From NCBI RefSeq assembly GCF_006345805.1, contig NC_043000.1, forward strand, positions 85,932,001 to 85,996,000: DNA of 64,000 bases. Direction: 5' to 3'. Positions 64,000-64,000 of the stretch are shown piece after piece. The translations under genes and the position numbers were made by a program. The notes under the pieces are model-generated. The model was not told the origin of the DNA, did no database searches, and saw only the letters and a list, made by a program, of their open reading frames with translations. This stretch comes from Octopus sinensis. Lineage: Eukaryota. Every line of letters begins with the position of its first letter. The first letter of the stretch is position 1.

Positions 64000-64000
64000 T
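63700..64000 (-). repeat. 57-bp coding tandem repeat (MNEVYDDILNTQPKVTPAN), at least 5 units, runs off the window
   Basis: Frame-preserving units with few substitutions. Confidence 0.95.

Overview
AT-rich eukaryotic genomic DNA dominated by microsatellites and decayed transposable elements. The repeat landscape (OR-like tRNA SINEs, RTE 3' ends with (GAT)n tails, many Penelope remnants) resembles an Octopus/coleoid genome; this is an inference, not a database match. Most ORFs in the track are microsatellite or SINE artefacts. The only host-gene signal is a chain of phase-compatible exons on the minus strand (64000 to 12236). It encodes a disordered protein with a 19-aa tandem repeat carrying YDD[I/V] motifs, further Tyr motifs (EPLYA, YEDV, TEYEYI), a coiled-coil-like exon and an SETQT motif. 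Mobile elements include a full-length decayed mariner (53835-55095) and two complementary halves of a second mariner family that bracket 10.5 kb. There are also Penelope-like elements (one Naiad-like), RTE and RLE-type LINE fragments, several SINE families, MITEs and Helitron-like elements. Structural oddities are a near-perfect 529-bp inverted duplication, fold-back hairpins inside (TA)n tracts, a hammerhead-ribozyme-like fold and a same-orientation stack of six SINEs in triplet repeats.
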